From: a virus
Reading direction: 5' to 3' (one strand)
IMG/VR virus record: IMGVR_UViG_3300032223_002784
Location: 27,985-91,984 of that record
DNA: 64,000 nt
Shown here: positions 30,201 through 39,844 of the stretch, piece by piece
Layout of the letters: every line of letters starts with the position of its first letter
How positions within the stretch are numbered: the stretch's first letter is position 1
The notes under the pieces: model-generated
Databases searched by the model: none
What the model saw: the letters and a program-made list of their open reading frames with translations, nothing else
What the model was told of the DNA's origin: nothing
Position numbers and translations under genes: made by a program

Positions 30201-32145
30201 GAGTAATGATTCCTGCTTCTTTTGCAATTAATCCAACCTCTGTGCTTGCACCCATTGTAGATACAAGACCTTCCATACTAATAGTTAAATTCTTAATTGC
30301 TTGATTTAATAGATCAACAGAATCAACATCATTCATTATTCCTTTACTAAATAAATCTGCAGCTTGTGTTGAAGCAATTACTTCTGGAGTAAACAATTGT
30401 TTTAATGTTGTTCCGCCCGTGATTAATTGTTTAAAGCTAAATACTGTCTTTATAATATATCCTAGGAAGTTAGCCATAAGACCAGTTAACATAATTACTG
30501 GTCCCGCCAAAGCTGTTCCAATTGCTGCAATTCCAAGGATTGATTTAATTGGGCCTGGAAGTCCAGCAAATGCTTTACTGATAGAGTTTGCAAAGCCCAT
30601 TAATGCTGTGGCAATTTCAAGAATCTTTTGTCCTACTGGAATTAAATCAGCCTTAAATGTTTCCATAGCTCTTTGATATTTTCCAGTTACTGACTCTGTA
30701 GCAGTTTTCATTTCAGAGTTTGCTACACCAGCAAGCTGTGCACTATTTGCATTCATTAAATCAAAAGCAGTTTTAGTCTGGCTATTCGCAGCACCTAAGT
30801 TTGTAATAAGTGCTTGAATTCTTGCTTCTTGGAACTTACCAAAAAGCTTTTCAATTAATTGTGATTGAGCAAGTGGAGCAAGTCCTTTAAGTGCCTGTTG
30901 TAAAGACATAATCATCTTAACAGGATTGCCCTTGTTTTCTGTAGCAATAGATCCTACATCAATGTTAAATGCAGCAAATGCTTTCTTTGCTGCTACGGTT
31001 GGATTGATAAGTGATGCAATTGCAGATTTAATAGCGTTAGCAGATTGAGCTGCTGGAACTCCCGCTTCTTTCATGGCAACCATCATTACAGCAGTATCCT
31101 TGAATGAGCCTCCAAGTTGTTCAACAATTGGCCCAACTTTTGGTATACCTGCTGCTAAATCTTGTAAGCTTGTTGAGGTTTGGTTTTCTACGGCGTTTAA
31201 GAAATTTACAGCATCAGATAATTGATTTGTATTAAGCTTATAAACATTTTGCAAAGAAATAGTTGTATTCATAGCATCTTGAGTGCTTAATTCACCAAGC
31301 TTTGAAAGTCTCATAGCTTCTCTGGTCGCTGTTATAAGATCCACGCCAGTTTTACCTGTAGCAGCAAGGTCAGCTGCCATAGACGCTGTATCTTTTACTG
31401 CAATACCCATAGATGATGCAAGTTCTTTTGCAAGACCGAGTGTCTGTTGTTTAATTGCATCAAGTGCTTGCTTTGAAGGCTGTTGTAAGCCTGTTCCATA
31501 AACTTTTTGAAGTCTTACAATTTGATCATTTACATCTTTAAAAACACTTGCTGCTTGTTGACCAAATAGCATAAGTGGAACTGACATACCAACAGTTAGC
31601 TGACGACCAGCCCACTGAGTATTTTTACCCCAGTTAATTAAAGACTTAGAACCTTCTTGTACCGCTAAATTATAAATATTTTGTTCATTAGCTGCAATCT
31701 TTGTAGCATTTGTTACTTCATTAATTCTTGTTGGAGTAAATACAGAATAGAATCCCTGTTTTGTAGGATCAGCAGTAATTACAGAATTTTGAAGCTTTGT
31801 TTGTTCTAATGCGAGAGCTTTAACGTTTGACATTGCAGTACCAGATTGCTGTCTGATAATACTATAATATTGTCCTAGTGATAGCTTTCCGTTCTGAAGT
31901 GCCTGCCCAAATTTTTCAGTTTCTGTTCTTAACTGGACAGTTTGTTGGGTAAACTGACCCGTTGAAAGCATTGTATTTTTAAATGCAGCTGATGCTGAAT
32001 TTAAGTCTTTTGTTAAACTAGTACCTAGTCCAACTCCAGCAACGCTTTTATTTAATGCGTCTACTTGTAGCTGAAGAGCCTTGATGCTTGAATTTATAGA
32101 TGTAAAGTCGCCAAGTGCGACTATATTAAGTTCTACTCTTGCCAT
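27232..32145 (-). CDS. Tape measure protein
   Basis: 1637 aa, Ala/Gly-rich and helical; TP901-type core; FASGG.VPGTGNGD..PALLTPGE motif; follows the tail chaperones. Confidence 0.95.
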   Translation of the reverse strand: MARVELNIVALGDFTSINSSIKALQLQVDALNKSVAGVGLGTSLTKDLNSASAAFKNTMLSTGQFTQQTVQLRTETEKFGQALQNGKLSLGQYYSIIRQQSGTAMSNVKALALEQTKLQNSVITADPTKQGFYSVFTPTRINEVTNATKIAANEQNIYNLAVQEGSKSLINWGKNTQWAGRQLTVGMSVPLMLFGQQAASVFKDVNDQIVRLQKVYGTGLQQPSKQALDAIKQQTLGLAKELASSMGIAVKDTASMAADLAATGKTGVDLITATREAMRLSKLGELSTQDAMNTTISLQNVYKLNTNQLSDAVNFLNAVENQTSTSLQDLAAGIPKVGPIVEQLGGSFKDTAVMMVAMKEAGVPAAQSANAIKSAIASLINPTVAAKKAFAAFNIDVGSIATENKGNPVKMIMSLQQALKGLAPLAQSQLIEKLFGKFQEARIQALITNLGAANSQTKTAFDLMNANSAQLAGVANSEMKTATESVTGKYQRAMETFKADLIPVGQKILEIATALMGFANSISKAFAGLPGPIKSILGIAAIGTALAGPVIMLTGLMANFLGYIIKTVFSFKQLITGGTTLKQLFTPEVIASTQAADLFSKGIMNDVDSVDLLNQAIKNLTISMEGLVSTMGASTEVGLIAKEAGIITQMHLPGFASGGTVPGTGNGDTYPALLTPGEKIIPKDKAAKYAPFINAMIQGDLPGFAKGLGIGRSGDKIATYPEYAVRLQSGAQNSIGAGAPGRDEEILSPLALRIGEARGIKPSKTQVAAGSFDPIAEEYSGIVKNFNDKLKKHYDDTFKHITDADERYKLAWTKAGQDVEKEVNLISKDVDKGVIRKVFGLDPDVYGSIQTATDRPTETTPSKARKPIQNVKSTNVRGFSSLGQAARALFERRSNTSATGMEMGHVYGPREESMTEILSRPNLSKGARDAGEIVAKRTAENVVSEINIAAEAASPSKATKRAATNLVDGVVTGIKEGAPKVRSTSQSVSQTSLPGFENYGTVGPTEEPFGPSMENGKFTQNTGLLGKIKGKVMTPEGKLGIQSKMALSGGLMMGGQMIASQLPKGSNISNITSSVSSMAGMGMMFGPWGAAAGAALGLVTGGIGALMKAEKEHQAIAQASFTASAAAITAFGGSLKPPTDRVIHFTEDIKQAGITSQKTLTEIQAASQAIGKLGKDDPMKKTADAIKGYKSVGSVVGTIKQFAAAQVAAGMDPKGVQKMVAAMLQYAGKTQYLKAALKEIIPATKDAGTAQQTLLSKLVAAAGATNTSWSINRGFIKTYKDLNKEQKNLADGFGTVGTSMIDGNATAKTLIASMNALDKSGLDAYTSGTLLAAKLNEMGQTDLAKRFTTINSVVGDTGKSMMIATAEADGLIKNLDKLALTKLIKDPKAMATLAAQIAKYNSDAAKAAAAQAAADAKAKAAADAKTAAASAAASAPFAGTAEEKKVKKILEARVGAENKILKGLKDQLAAEQKVTAEKKRQFDYDQQRQDLANQAKEALISGNFLQAAMLKQQAAGATVDFNAGTKDAKAQEQIDTIQARTDVFSEALGTLTDAIANNVKVIDKKILSVAKMPILSGAPAAGGASTTVHVNVQAGANAAATAKAVHDKLLKTLATHEKKTTKNGSTVTHTKVKAVPQ

Positions 32146-32148
32146 TCA

Positions 32149-32415
32149 TCACCCCTCCATTTGCATAAAGCCAAGTCCTTCATTAATTCCAAAGCCTTCA
32201 CTTGATGCAACATTACTACTCTTTAATTCTGTAATATCATTTGGCGTTTCATCTTCTTCAATGTCAACACCATTTACAGCAGCAGTAAATCTTTTGTCAT
32301 CATTGTCTTTCTTTCTAAGTGCCTCTATAATTACTATAAGCTCTTCTAAAGAAAGACTGCTTTCTAATTCGTCAAAGTTTTTCCAATGACCAAGTAGAAA
32401 TACTTCGGACTCCAA
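32149..32415 (-). CDS. Tail assembly chaperone, frameshift extension (gpT-like)
   Basis: Its frame is open back to the slippery site at 32460-32466. Confidence 0.8.
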   Translation of the reverse strand: MESEVFLLGHWKNFDELESSLSLEELIVIIEALRKKDNDDKRFTAAVNGVDIEEDETPNDITELKSSNVASSEGFGINEGLGFMQMEG

Positions 32416-32426
32416 GGAGCGTAGGT

Positions 32427-32762
32427 CTAGTTCGTCCCAACTAGTGCCGCTCCCAGAAGGTTTGGGTCTGTCAACTTCAAACCACCGCAGATTTCAAGAA
32501 TCTTCATCATGGTAGGGACTTCAATAATTTCTTCAAACTTATCTTTATCTACAGATAGTTCAGGGCGTAGTGTTTCTAAGCAGACCATTGCTGCTTTGAT
32601 AAAAATGTCCATAGCAATATCTTCAGATGAGTTTTCCTCAAGATCCATTTCTCTAATTACAGTCATGAATTTTCTTAATTGCTTTATAGGTAGGGGTTTC
32701 AGAGTCAGTACTGACCCATCAACTAGTTCAATCTCTAATACATCATATATTGTCGTTGCCAA
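32427..32762 (-). CDS. Tail assembly chaperone (gpG-like)
   Basis: Lies between major tail protein and TMP. Confidence 0.85.
   Translation of the reverse strand: MATTIYDVLEIELVDGSVLTLKPLPIKQLRKFMTVIREMDLEENSSEDIAMDIFIKAAMVCLETLRPELSVDKDKFEEIIEVPTMMKILEICGGLKLTDPNLLGAALVGTN
32460..32466 (-). other. -1 programmed frameshift site C CCA AAC
   Basis: X XXY YYZ heptamer in frame; the -1 frame reads PSGSGTSWDELDLRSLESEVFLLG into the next ORF. Confidence 0.85.
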
Positions 32763-32822
32763 TTTATAGCTCCTTTTGTTAGTTAAATTATACCAATAAA
32801 TTGAGCATATACAAATTCAAAG

Positions 32823-32845
32823 ACCCCGCCTTTTATTGACGGGGC
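32823..32845 (-). terminator. Putative intrinsic terminator after major tail gene
   Basis: ccccgcc...gacgggg inverted repeat. Confidence 0.55.
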
Positions 32846-32878
32846 CCCTGAGTACAATATTAAATTGTTATTAAGTTT

Positions 32879-33670
32879 TTAGTAAGCACCGTATACACGG
32901 TCAATAACGACACCATATTCCATACCTGAGTATGCTGGATCGCTATCTGGTAAGCAACGGAAGTTCACTGGGAACACTGTTGCTGCATCACGCTTAAGCG
33001 CATGCATTGTTGTATCAATAGAAACAACACGACGTGCAACATATACACGCTCTTTTTGACGAGCAACTGAAGTAGTTGAACCTATACCTACTGTTACTCC
33101 TGCATCTGCTGTAGTTACTGAAGCACCAATCTGTGCTGGAGCTTGTCCAACTGCAACTAGAGTGCGCTCTACTGGAGCATCTCCCAATGCACCTGCAGCC
33201 ATTTTTAATGTTGCTGCTGGAGAATCTACTGATGTGTAAATAGTAGAATCGTTAGGAATCAAGGTTGTAACTGCTTGAACAGCGGTTCCAGATGAGTTTG
33301 TTCCATATACATAGTCAAGTTGACCCCATGAAAGTTGAAGATTCTCAAGAGTTGCCTCTGTAAGTTCTGTCTTAAGCATAACCTTTAGAGATTGCTTAAA
33401 TAGACGAGCTGCGTCAAGAAGCTGATCTACTGCTACTTCGCCGTATGAAGGTTCGTAAGAAACTTCAAATCCTGTTGCTGTATATCCAACCTCACGGAAT
33501 AGATTAGATGCAAGAAGACCTGAGCGAGCTGATGTTGTATTATTTGATCCGAACAATGTTGTTAGGTCAGATGCTTTTGTAGTTGGGCGTTGCTGATCGT
33601 TTGAGCTGTTTCCAACGCTAACGAAAATAGATGCTGCACCAACAATAATATTTTTTGTATTTGTAGCCAT
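32879..33670 (-). CDS. Major tail protein
   Basis: NIIVGAA, VGYT..G, V.VDQLLD; position before the chaperones. Confidence 0.88.
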   Translation of the reverse strand: MATNTKNIIVGAASIFVSVGNSSNDQQRPTTKASDLTTLFGSNNTTSARSGLLASNLFREVGYTATGFEVSYEPSYGEVAVDQLLDAARLFKQSLKVMLKTELTEATLENLQLSWGQLDYVYGTNSSGTAVQAVTTLIPNDSTIYTSVDSPAATLKMAAGALGDAPVERTLVAVGQAPAQIGASVTTADAGVTVGIGSTTSVARQKERVYVARRVVSIDTTMHALKRDAATVFPVNFRCLPDSDPAYSGMEYGVVIDRVYGAY

Positions 33671-33770
33671 TTTTTTTATTTCACCACCTTATTTATTTTT
33701 AGATTAAAAAAAAGATGACATTTTACTTCCTCATAGAAAATCATATCATCAATGTCTAATAAATCAAAGT

Positions 33771-34286
33771 TTAAGCATATCTTCCAGTAATTGGGTCTAG
33801 GTCTCTGACATAGGCATATGAGATTGAAATATCTCCACTCATAAACCCGCCTTCATCTGTAAAAGATTGAACTGGGTCTGCAGAGTCTAGCCTAAAATAC
33901 ATAAACTTAAATGGGCTATTTGGGGTCAATTGAACATTTATATCCCCCGCTGATTGATCATATCTTCTGAATAGATCAACTAAAAAGTTGGTAATTGCTT
34001 GTATTTGAGCACCATTTCTTGAAATAATTTCAAGCATAATTACTTCCTCAGACATCCACCAGCTAACACCTGTTTGTTTTTGCTGAATATCATATGTGAA
34101 ATATGGTTTTCCAGGCAATAGGTTGTTCATTTCTGGTATTTGCTGTGCTGGAAAAATTGGTATTAATGCATCTGTAAATCCATCTGCAAAATAATCACTT
34201 GCTTTAAAAAGTCCTGCATTTTGTAGTTCTAGCCATATTGCATTTATAACATCCCTAGAAGCTACTTTTGTGTAGTCTGGAGTCAT
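33771..34286 (-). CDS. Tail terminator-like protein
   Basis: Synteny only. Confidence 0.6.
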   Translation of the reverse strand: MTPDYTKVASRDVINAIWLELQNAGLFKASDYFADGFTDALIPIFPAQQIPEMNNLLPGKPYFTYDIQQKQTGVSWWMSEEVIMLEIISRNGAQIQAITNFLVDLFRRYDQSAGDINVQLTPNSPFKFMYFRLDSADPVQSFTDEGGFMSGDISISYAYVRDLDPITGRYA

Positions 34287-35002
34287 GATATCACATCCAT
34301 TCCGCCACTAATACTGTTGGCAATTTTTGCTACTGCTGTTTTTACTTGTGAAACTTTTTGTCCATTTGTGCTTAAAACTAATGATACATCATTTGCTATT
34401 TTTTCATATACTCCAGATGAATCCATGATGGTGTTTCCATTCCTTACATACCAATCATACATAAATGATTCAAAAGATCCTTTTGTTTGAATACCGCCTG
34501 GATGAGCTATGTTGATGGTAGTTCCAGGTCTGATGAATACCATTCCGTTTCCGCCCATAAATGCTAAAACTCTTCTTGCAGTAAAAGAAACCATGTTTCC
34601 TGATTCCATTACACTTGCTTTATCTTTAAAAATGCTTCTTCGTGAAACGATTTTTCCAGTTCTTCCTGGGGATAATAACTCAGGGTTAATTGGAACTGGC
34701 ATTTTAGATGGAAGAAATCTTGAAGATATAATTAGATCTCCACCAATTACGGACGAACGTTCTAAAACAAACAATCTTTTTGTTGAGTTTCCAATTGAGC
34801 CCCATTCATAAACATGGTGCATTTTCTTAGGATTTCTTCTAGCATAGTTGTCTGCTGCCTTCATAAATCTTTCACCAGTAATAGCAAATGTTGCTTTTCC
34901 AAGTTCTTCTAAAACTGATGGGGATGTTAAAGCTTTGACTCCCGCCAATTTATTTTGAACTTCTTCCATAAGTTGCTTAGTATCAATTTGAAGTTGGATC
35001 AT
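34283..35002 (-). CDS. Neck / tail-completion protein
   Basis: Synteny; HHVYEWG motif. Confidence 0.55.
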   Translation of the reverse strand: MIQLQIDTKQLMEEVQNKLAGVKALTSPSVLEELGKATFAITGERFMKAADNYARRNPKKMHHVYEWGSIGNSTKRLFVLERSSVIGGDLIISSRFLPSKMPVPINPELLSPGRTGKIVSRRSIFKDKASVMESGNMVSFTARRVLAFMGGNGMVFIRPGTTINIAHPGGIQTKGSFESFMYDWYVRNGNTIMDSSGVYEKIANDVSLVLSTNGQKVSQVKTAVAKIANSISGGMDVIS

Positions 35003-35435
35003 TATCCTGCACCTGTACTCTTAGCAAGGTAGACTCATAATAAGATATCTTGCCAAATGGGTCAAGAACTGCATGTGCTGCAGTAATTTCAAATATTGTA
35101 TCTGGAGTATCAATTTGATCAGTTTCAATAAATACTTGTTTGCCATCGCTTGAACGAATATTTTCTATTCTCCAACGCTTTGAAAGTAACTCTAGACCTT
35201 TTAATTTAAGCTGAACCTTTTCAGAATATTCTCCTTCTTGGCCTTTTCCAAAAATTTTATTGTCAGATCTTGACGAAGATCCACCAACTTTAATAGGTTC
35301 TATTTTGCAATTAATTGTCTTGTAATATACCCATTCTCTGACAATAGCACCAGTTGATGGGTCTTGGCGATTTTGTTGCTTATACACATCAGCCTTCATG
35401 TTCATGACAGAGGCTATGAAGGATGAATTAAACAT
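34983..35435 (-). CDS. Head-to-tail stopper
   Basis: Synteny and size. Confidence 0.6.
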   Translation of the reverse strand: MFNSSFIASVMNMKADVYKQQNRQDPSTGAIVREWVYYKTINCKIEPIKVGGSSSRSDNKIFGKGQEGEYSEKVQLKLKGLELLSKRWRIENIRSSDGKQVFIETDQIDTPDTIFEITAAHAVLDPFGKISYYESTLLRVQVQDNDPTSN

Positions 35436-36385
35436 TAGATTATCACGATATTCATATTGCGGTATTGATCAAGAATATTATCAACTGTAATATTCCCTGT
35501 GCCATTGAATGCACCTTTAGCCATTTCAAATGAAATTTCGCTAAGATCAACTTTTTGCAAATATTTATTTCTCCAATTATAATCATTTGAAAGAATATCT
35601 TGAATAAGCAGCATTGAAGCTAGCTTGATGTCTTCTGGAATATACTTATATCCTATTTGACCAGTAAAACTATATCTTGAGCCATCTCTGAAGCGTCCAT
35701 AATAGAGCACAGTAGGGTCTATCTGGTTGTCATATCTTAAATCCCAACCTGGGTATGTGATTCTAATCTGCTTGCCTGTAGGGCTAACCTCAAGCGGGAA
35801 ACCAAAAGTATTGTAGATTGGAGATACTGTATTATCAATAATAAGAATATCGTTTTCATAAACTTTATCAATCGTCAATACTCTTTCAGTCATTTCACAA
35901 GCATCTGAGCCCATTCCTACAACTTCTTGTGAGCCATAGTATGTATAAAATTTAATGCCCGTATATCCATTAATAATTGTTCTTGCTACTTTTTCAGCAC
36001 TGACAATATCTTTGGGATCATGATAATTAATTTCTGCTGGAGTTGATCCCATTCCAAAGAAATCAATAACTTGTGCTGGAGTAGAATATGGTGTTTCTAC
36101 TTCATAAAATTCTGTTTGAGTAACAGATCTTCCATTTTGAATGTAAGCCCAGCGAACCTCTAAAACAATATTGTTTTGTGTAAGTGCTGGGCTTAAAGTA
36201 TAGGAATATTTCCCAACTGGACTTTCGTTAGTTGCAGCTATATTGGAGTATCCCGCAATGGCTGTTGTATCGCCATCTGCATTATAAATGCTTAGGGTCG
36301 GAACACTATCTGCCTGACTTAATACCCCGTTGTTATAAACCTCAAGGTAGATCTTTTCTTGACTTCCTTTTTGTATAGTCTGCAA
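35435..36385 (-). CDS. Head-to-tail adaptor
   Basis: GYKYIPEDIKLAS..L, TGN..VD.IL..Y. Confidence 0.7.
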   Translation of the reverse strand: MQTIQKGSQEKIYLEVYNNGVLSQADSVPTLSIYNADGDTTAIAGYSNIAATNESPVGKYSYTLSPALTQNNIVLEVRWAYIQNGRSVTQTEFYEVETPYSTPAQVIDFFGMGSTPAEINYHDPKDIVSAEKVARTIINGYTGIKFYTYYGSQEVVGMGSDACEMTERVLTIDKVYENDILIIDNTVSPIYNTFGFPLEVSPTGKQIRITYPGWDLRYDNQIDPTVLYYGRFRDGSRYSFTGQIGYKYIPEDIKLASMLLIQDILSNDYNWRNKYLQKVDLSEISFEMAKGAFNGTGNITVDNILDQYRNMNIVII

Positions 36386-36400
36386 TTGAATTGCCCCCTG

Positions 36401-36799
36401 TTATGCGTAGTACTCTTGTGCCTCTCGTGGAGTCGCAAGGCGAAAACCATCTTGTGTATCAAAAATTCTTTGAGCATCTGCTTCTGCCATTGCAACGAAT
36501 GGATGTTCTGTTGAAAAAGTATACCCTAGCGTTTGATAGGAATGATTGCTTCTTTCCATCTTTACTAGTACTGAGTTAGTTGTCTTCATGATCTTACTCT
36601 CTCTTTTCTTCTTTTCAATCTCTGGTACTTCAATTTCCTGCTTTTCAGTGTTTGTGAACTTGTCGTACATTTGGAAGGAAATTCCTTCTTCTTCAAGAAG
36701 TGCAATGACTTCTTGTTTTGTTTTAGATCCTTCGGTATCTACTCCGAAAGTCTCTGCGACTTTTCTTAGTTCTGTAATTTTTAGATCTGTAAATGACAT
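36401..36799 (-). CDS. Hypothetical protein with HeH/Rho-N-like N-terminus
   Basis: LKITELRKVAETFGV...KTKQEVIALL. Confidence 0.6.
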   Translation of the reverse strand: MSFTDLKITELRKVAETFGVDTEGSKTKQEVIALLEEEGISFQMYDKFTNTEKQEIEVPEIEKKKRESKIMKTTNSVLVKMERSNHSYQTLGYTFSTEHPFVAMAEADAQRIFDTQDGFRLATPREAQEYYA

Positions 36800-36841
36800 G
36801 TATTTCCCTTTCGTCAATGTTAATTATATCAGAAAATGGCT

Positions 36842-36871
36842 AAGGGGAGATATCTCTATCTCCCCCGCCTT
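36842..36871 (-). terminator. Hairpin terminator after major capsid gene
   Basis: ggggagata-tctc-tatctcccc. Confidence 0.7.
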
Positions 36872-36885
36872 GCAACTAATTAATA

Positions 36886-38022
36886 TTAGTATGTATTGCC
36901 GCTTGCACCACCAGTTACATTTGCGCCGTTTGTGACGGAACCGAATGCACCTGAAGCTACTGTACCTGCAACCTTGATATTCTTAACGATAACGTGTGCA
37001 TCGTAGTTTTCCATAACGCAACCAACACGAATGAATAGTGTATATTCAATTGTGTCTTTCTTTGGCTGGAATAGACGATAAACTGTTACGTCACGCTTGA
37101 TACCAATGATAAAGTTCTGAGGGAATGTCAAGTGAACATCGCCATGCAAGCCTGAAGGGCTTGTATAGTCGCCTGCACGAGTTTCATCCATCAAAGGAAC
37201 GTTAATTACTGGGATACCAAATGCGTATGGTGTTACAGAACCTGGACCACCATCGTTAGCAGCAACATCACCACGAATAACGCCAGAAGCGATATCAAAT
37301 GGATTGAAGCCTGTTGAAGTCATTGAAGTAAGATTGAACAAGTAGTCTTGTACCAAGTTAGATCCTGTGAAGAAGCGAAGTTGGTTACGACGTTGCTTGT
37401 ACTTACGTGGCAATGTCTTGATTGCGAGGTTGAAGACTGACTTATCAAGTCCTACACCCTGTGCATCAACAACGTGTGCGTTGTCCAATGCGAGTTGACG
37501 GAAGCCCTTGAACGCTGAAAGCAAACCTGTGCTAGTTCCTGTACCGTTGATGAGAACATCCTCAATATCATTACCAGCTTGGGTAGCCATAAGACGTGCA
37601 ATGTGGTCTTCTAGATCTGGACCCTCAACGTTGTCTTCTAGAGACTCTGCTGAAAGTTCCCAGTCAAGGCGTAGCTTACGAGTTGTAAGAGAAACCTTGT
37701 TGAATGATGCAGCTGCGTTTGAAAACGCTCCAGCACCACCTGCGACACCTGTATAATCACGAGGATTATCTTCCTGTGCAACTGTCATGATGCGCTGTCC
37801 TACGGACACACGATCAATTTCAGTTGTGTTTGAACGCATGCGAATTGTACGAGCTGCCTTAGCAAGAATCGTAGCATCCCACATGTAGTCCAAGAAACGG
37901 TTAGCCTGATCTGGATAGAGAAGACCATTACCGCTTAGAGTAGCAGTATCTGTAGATGCTTGTACTGCTGAAGAACCTAGATTAGTAGTATCAATTACTT
38001 TTTGTAGAAGTTCATTACTCAT
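36886..38022 (-). CDS. Major capsid protein (HK97 fold)
   Basis: GLL.PDQANRF, ESLEDNVEG, position after protease, distinctive codon usage. Confidence 0.92.
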   Translation of the reverse strand: MSNELLQKVIDTTNLGSSAVQASTDTATLSGNGLLYPDQANRFLDYMWDATILAKAARTIRMRSNTTEIDRVSVGQRIMTVAQEDNPRDYTGVAGGAGAFSNAAASFNKVSLTTRKLRLDWELSAESLEDNVEGPDLEDHIARLMATQAGNDIEDVLINGTGTSTGLLSAFKGFRQLALDNAHVVDAQGVGLDKSVFNLAIKTLPRKYKQRRNQLRFFTGSNLVQDYLFNLTSMTSTGFNPFDIASGVIRGDVAANDGGPGSVTPYAFGIPVINVPLMDETRAGDYTSPSGLHGDVHLTFPQNFIIGIKRDVTVYRLFQPKKDTIEYTLFIRVGCVMENYDAHVIVKNIKVAGTVASGAFGSVTNGANVTGGASGNTY

Positions 38023-38053
38023 TTATTATTTCACCACCTTATTTTTTTTTAGA

Positions 38054-39451
38054 TTATTTTGTTAAGCTTTGTACACCGAGGAAGTGTCCTTGCCATATGC
38101 TTTTTTGGATTTTGAAATCCTCCGCTGGTCCCGAAAGATCAGTGGACTTCTTAACTGCAGTTGCAGATTCAAAACCTTTAAGTTGATTATCTACATAATC
38201 AATCTTGCCGTACATATCTGTAACTGACTTATTTAGTGCCTCATGCTTTTCTGACAAAGCAACATGTTCCTTCTTCAATTCCTCAAAAGAAGAGGTCATT
38301 TTAACTAGTTCATCGTTAGTTGCGTTGATAACCTTTTGTAGGTCACCAATTGTTGCTGTTTGTAGAGCATAGTTCTTTTCAATAGACTCACCAAAGAAGG
38401 TTTTCAGGTCAGTGACCATCTTTGTAAAATCAAGTGTATCTTCAACCTCAGATAGTTCTACAGCCTTTTCAATGGTTGTATCTTCTGGAGTTTCTTCTAC
38501 AGATGAAACTTCTTCGGCTGGAGCTTCAACAGCTGTGACTTCTGCCACCTCTGCATTTGTATCTTCTGCCATGTTATTTCCTCCTTCGTTGAGTGAAATG
38601 TCATCACTCTTTTTTATTTTTGTTCCGTCATGGAACAAAACCTTTTGCTTATCATCTTGATCTGGATAAGTATTAATAGTTGAATTGCTATCAATTGTGT
38701 TTCCTGGAGCTGCTGTTTCTGTAGCTTCGTGTGTAGAAGTTGGTGCATCATCTTTCTTAAAATAAGAATCAATCACTTTTTCAACTGCTTCAAACTTCTC
38801 TACATCTGCTTGTTCAACCCAACCAATGTTAGTCATTGAATCTCCACAAACAACACAATTCTTTTCAACTGCATCCGCTGTTGATGCTACTTCATCAGTA
38901 GTACACCAAAATACATTTTCAGTTACAATTCCCGCTGCCATTTTTTGGATAGAAAAAATATTTGCTAGAGGATTTGCAGGTGAATCAACTAAAGAGAGTT
39001 CGTGCAATTCATACTTATGAATTACTCTACGGCTATCTGATCCATCATCTGACTTTTCCATTTTAGCATCTACAATGTTTCCACCAATAGAAAATCCTGT
39101 ATATGTACCATCTAGGCATTTCTCCCATGCATCTTGTGCACCTTTTGAGACATATGCTTCAACAAAGATTCCATTATACTTTTGTCCAGACTCTGCGTCA
39201 AAAAAAGTATCTTCTTTGAAATTAAGCATTTTGCCAACTGCTGATGGGCCATGCATTTCACGAATATTTCCTCTGAAGTTATCAAATGCAGTTTTGTTAG
39301 CTTCAGCAGTGATAATGTCTCCATGCTTATCAAGATTGTCCAGGGAGGCAAAACCAGATACAGTTCTTTTTTCCTTGTTAACTTTCGCAATTGGGAAAGC
39401 CAAGGTCATTGTGTTTTCGCTGTTGTTCCAGTACGTCTTTTGAATATCCAT
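38054..39451 (-). CDS. Prohead protease with acidic/coiled-coil scaffold extension
   Basis: IREMH, GFSIGG, ELSLVDSPANP. Confidence 0.88.
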   Translation of the reverse strand: MDIQKTYWNNSENTMTLAFPIAKVNKEKRTVSGFASLDNLDKHGDIITAEANKTAFDNFRGNIREMHGPSAVGKMLNFKEDTFFDAESGQKYNGIFVEAYVSKGAQDAWEKCLDGTYTGFSIGGNIVDAKMEKSDDGSDSRRVIHKYELHELSLVDSPANPLANIFSIQKMAAGIVTENVFWCTTDEVASTADAVEKNCVVCGDSMTNIGWVEQADVEKFEAVEKVIDSYFKKDDAPTSTHEATETAAPGNTIDSNSTINTYPDQDDKQKVLFHDGTKIKKSDDISLNEGGNNMAEDTNAEVAEVTAVEAPAEEVSSVEETPEDTTIEKAVELSEVEDTLDFTKMVTDLKTFFGESIEKNYALQTATIGDLQKVINATNDELVKMTSSFEELKKEHVALSEKHEALNKSVTDMYGKIDYVDNQLKGFESATAVKKSTDLSGPAEDFKIQKSIWQGHFLGVQSLTK

Positions 39452-39502
39452 ATGTAAATAAATAATAGCAGAGGTTATGATTAACTCATAATTTAACTGA
39501 TA

Positions 39503-39844
39503 TTATTTTATGATTTTAGAGTTGATCTTTATGACCTTCTTTACATCTACCCCTTCAGATTTATATACTTTTATTTCTGGAGCCTGCTCTGGAACTCCCG
39601 CAATCCCATCATTGATGTTGTTGACATATGGGGTTTGTATATGAGAATCTGGAAGCACCCCTGGATCTGAAGAACTGTGGTGTGAGGCTAAACCACCAGT
39701 TATAAAGCCCATTACGGGGTAAATTAAGCCTGTAATTGACTTCTGGAAACCTGTAGCTGCCCACATTCCATATGAGCTTATAAGGGCTATTCCAAGCTGT
39801 TTTGCATCAGAGATATTAAACTTAAAGTGTTTTTTTAAACTCAT
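39503..39844 (-). CDS. Membrane protein (holin candidate)
   Basis: Two N-terminal hydrophobic segments; coupled to the endolysin gene. Confidence 0.5.
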   Translation of the reverse strand: MSLKKHFKFNISDAKQLGIALISSYGMWAATGFQKSITGLIYPVMGFITGGLASHHSSSDPGVLPDSHIQTPYVNNINDGIAGVPEQAPEIKVYKSEGVDVKKVIKINSKIIK

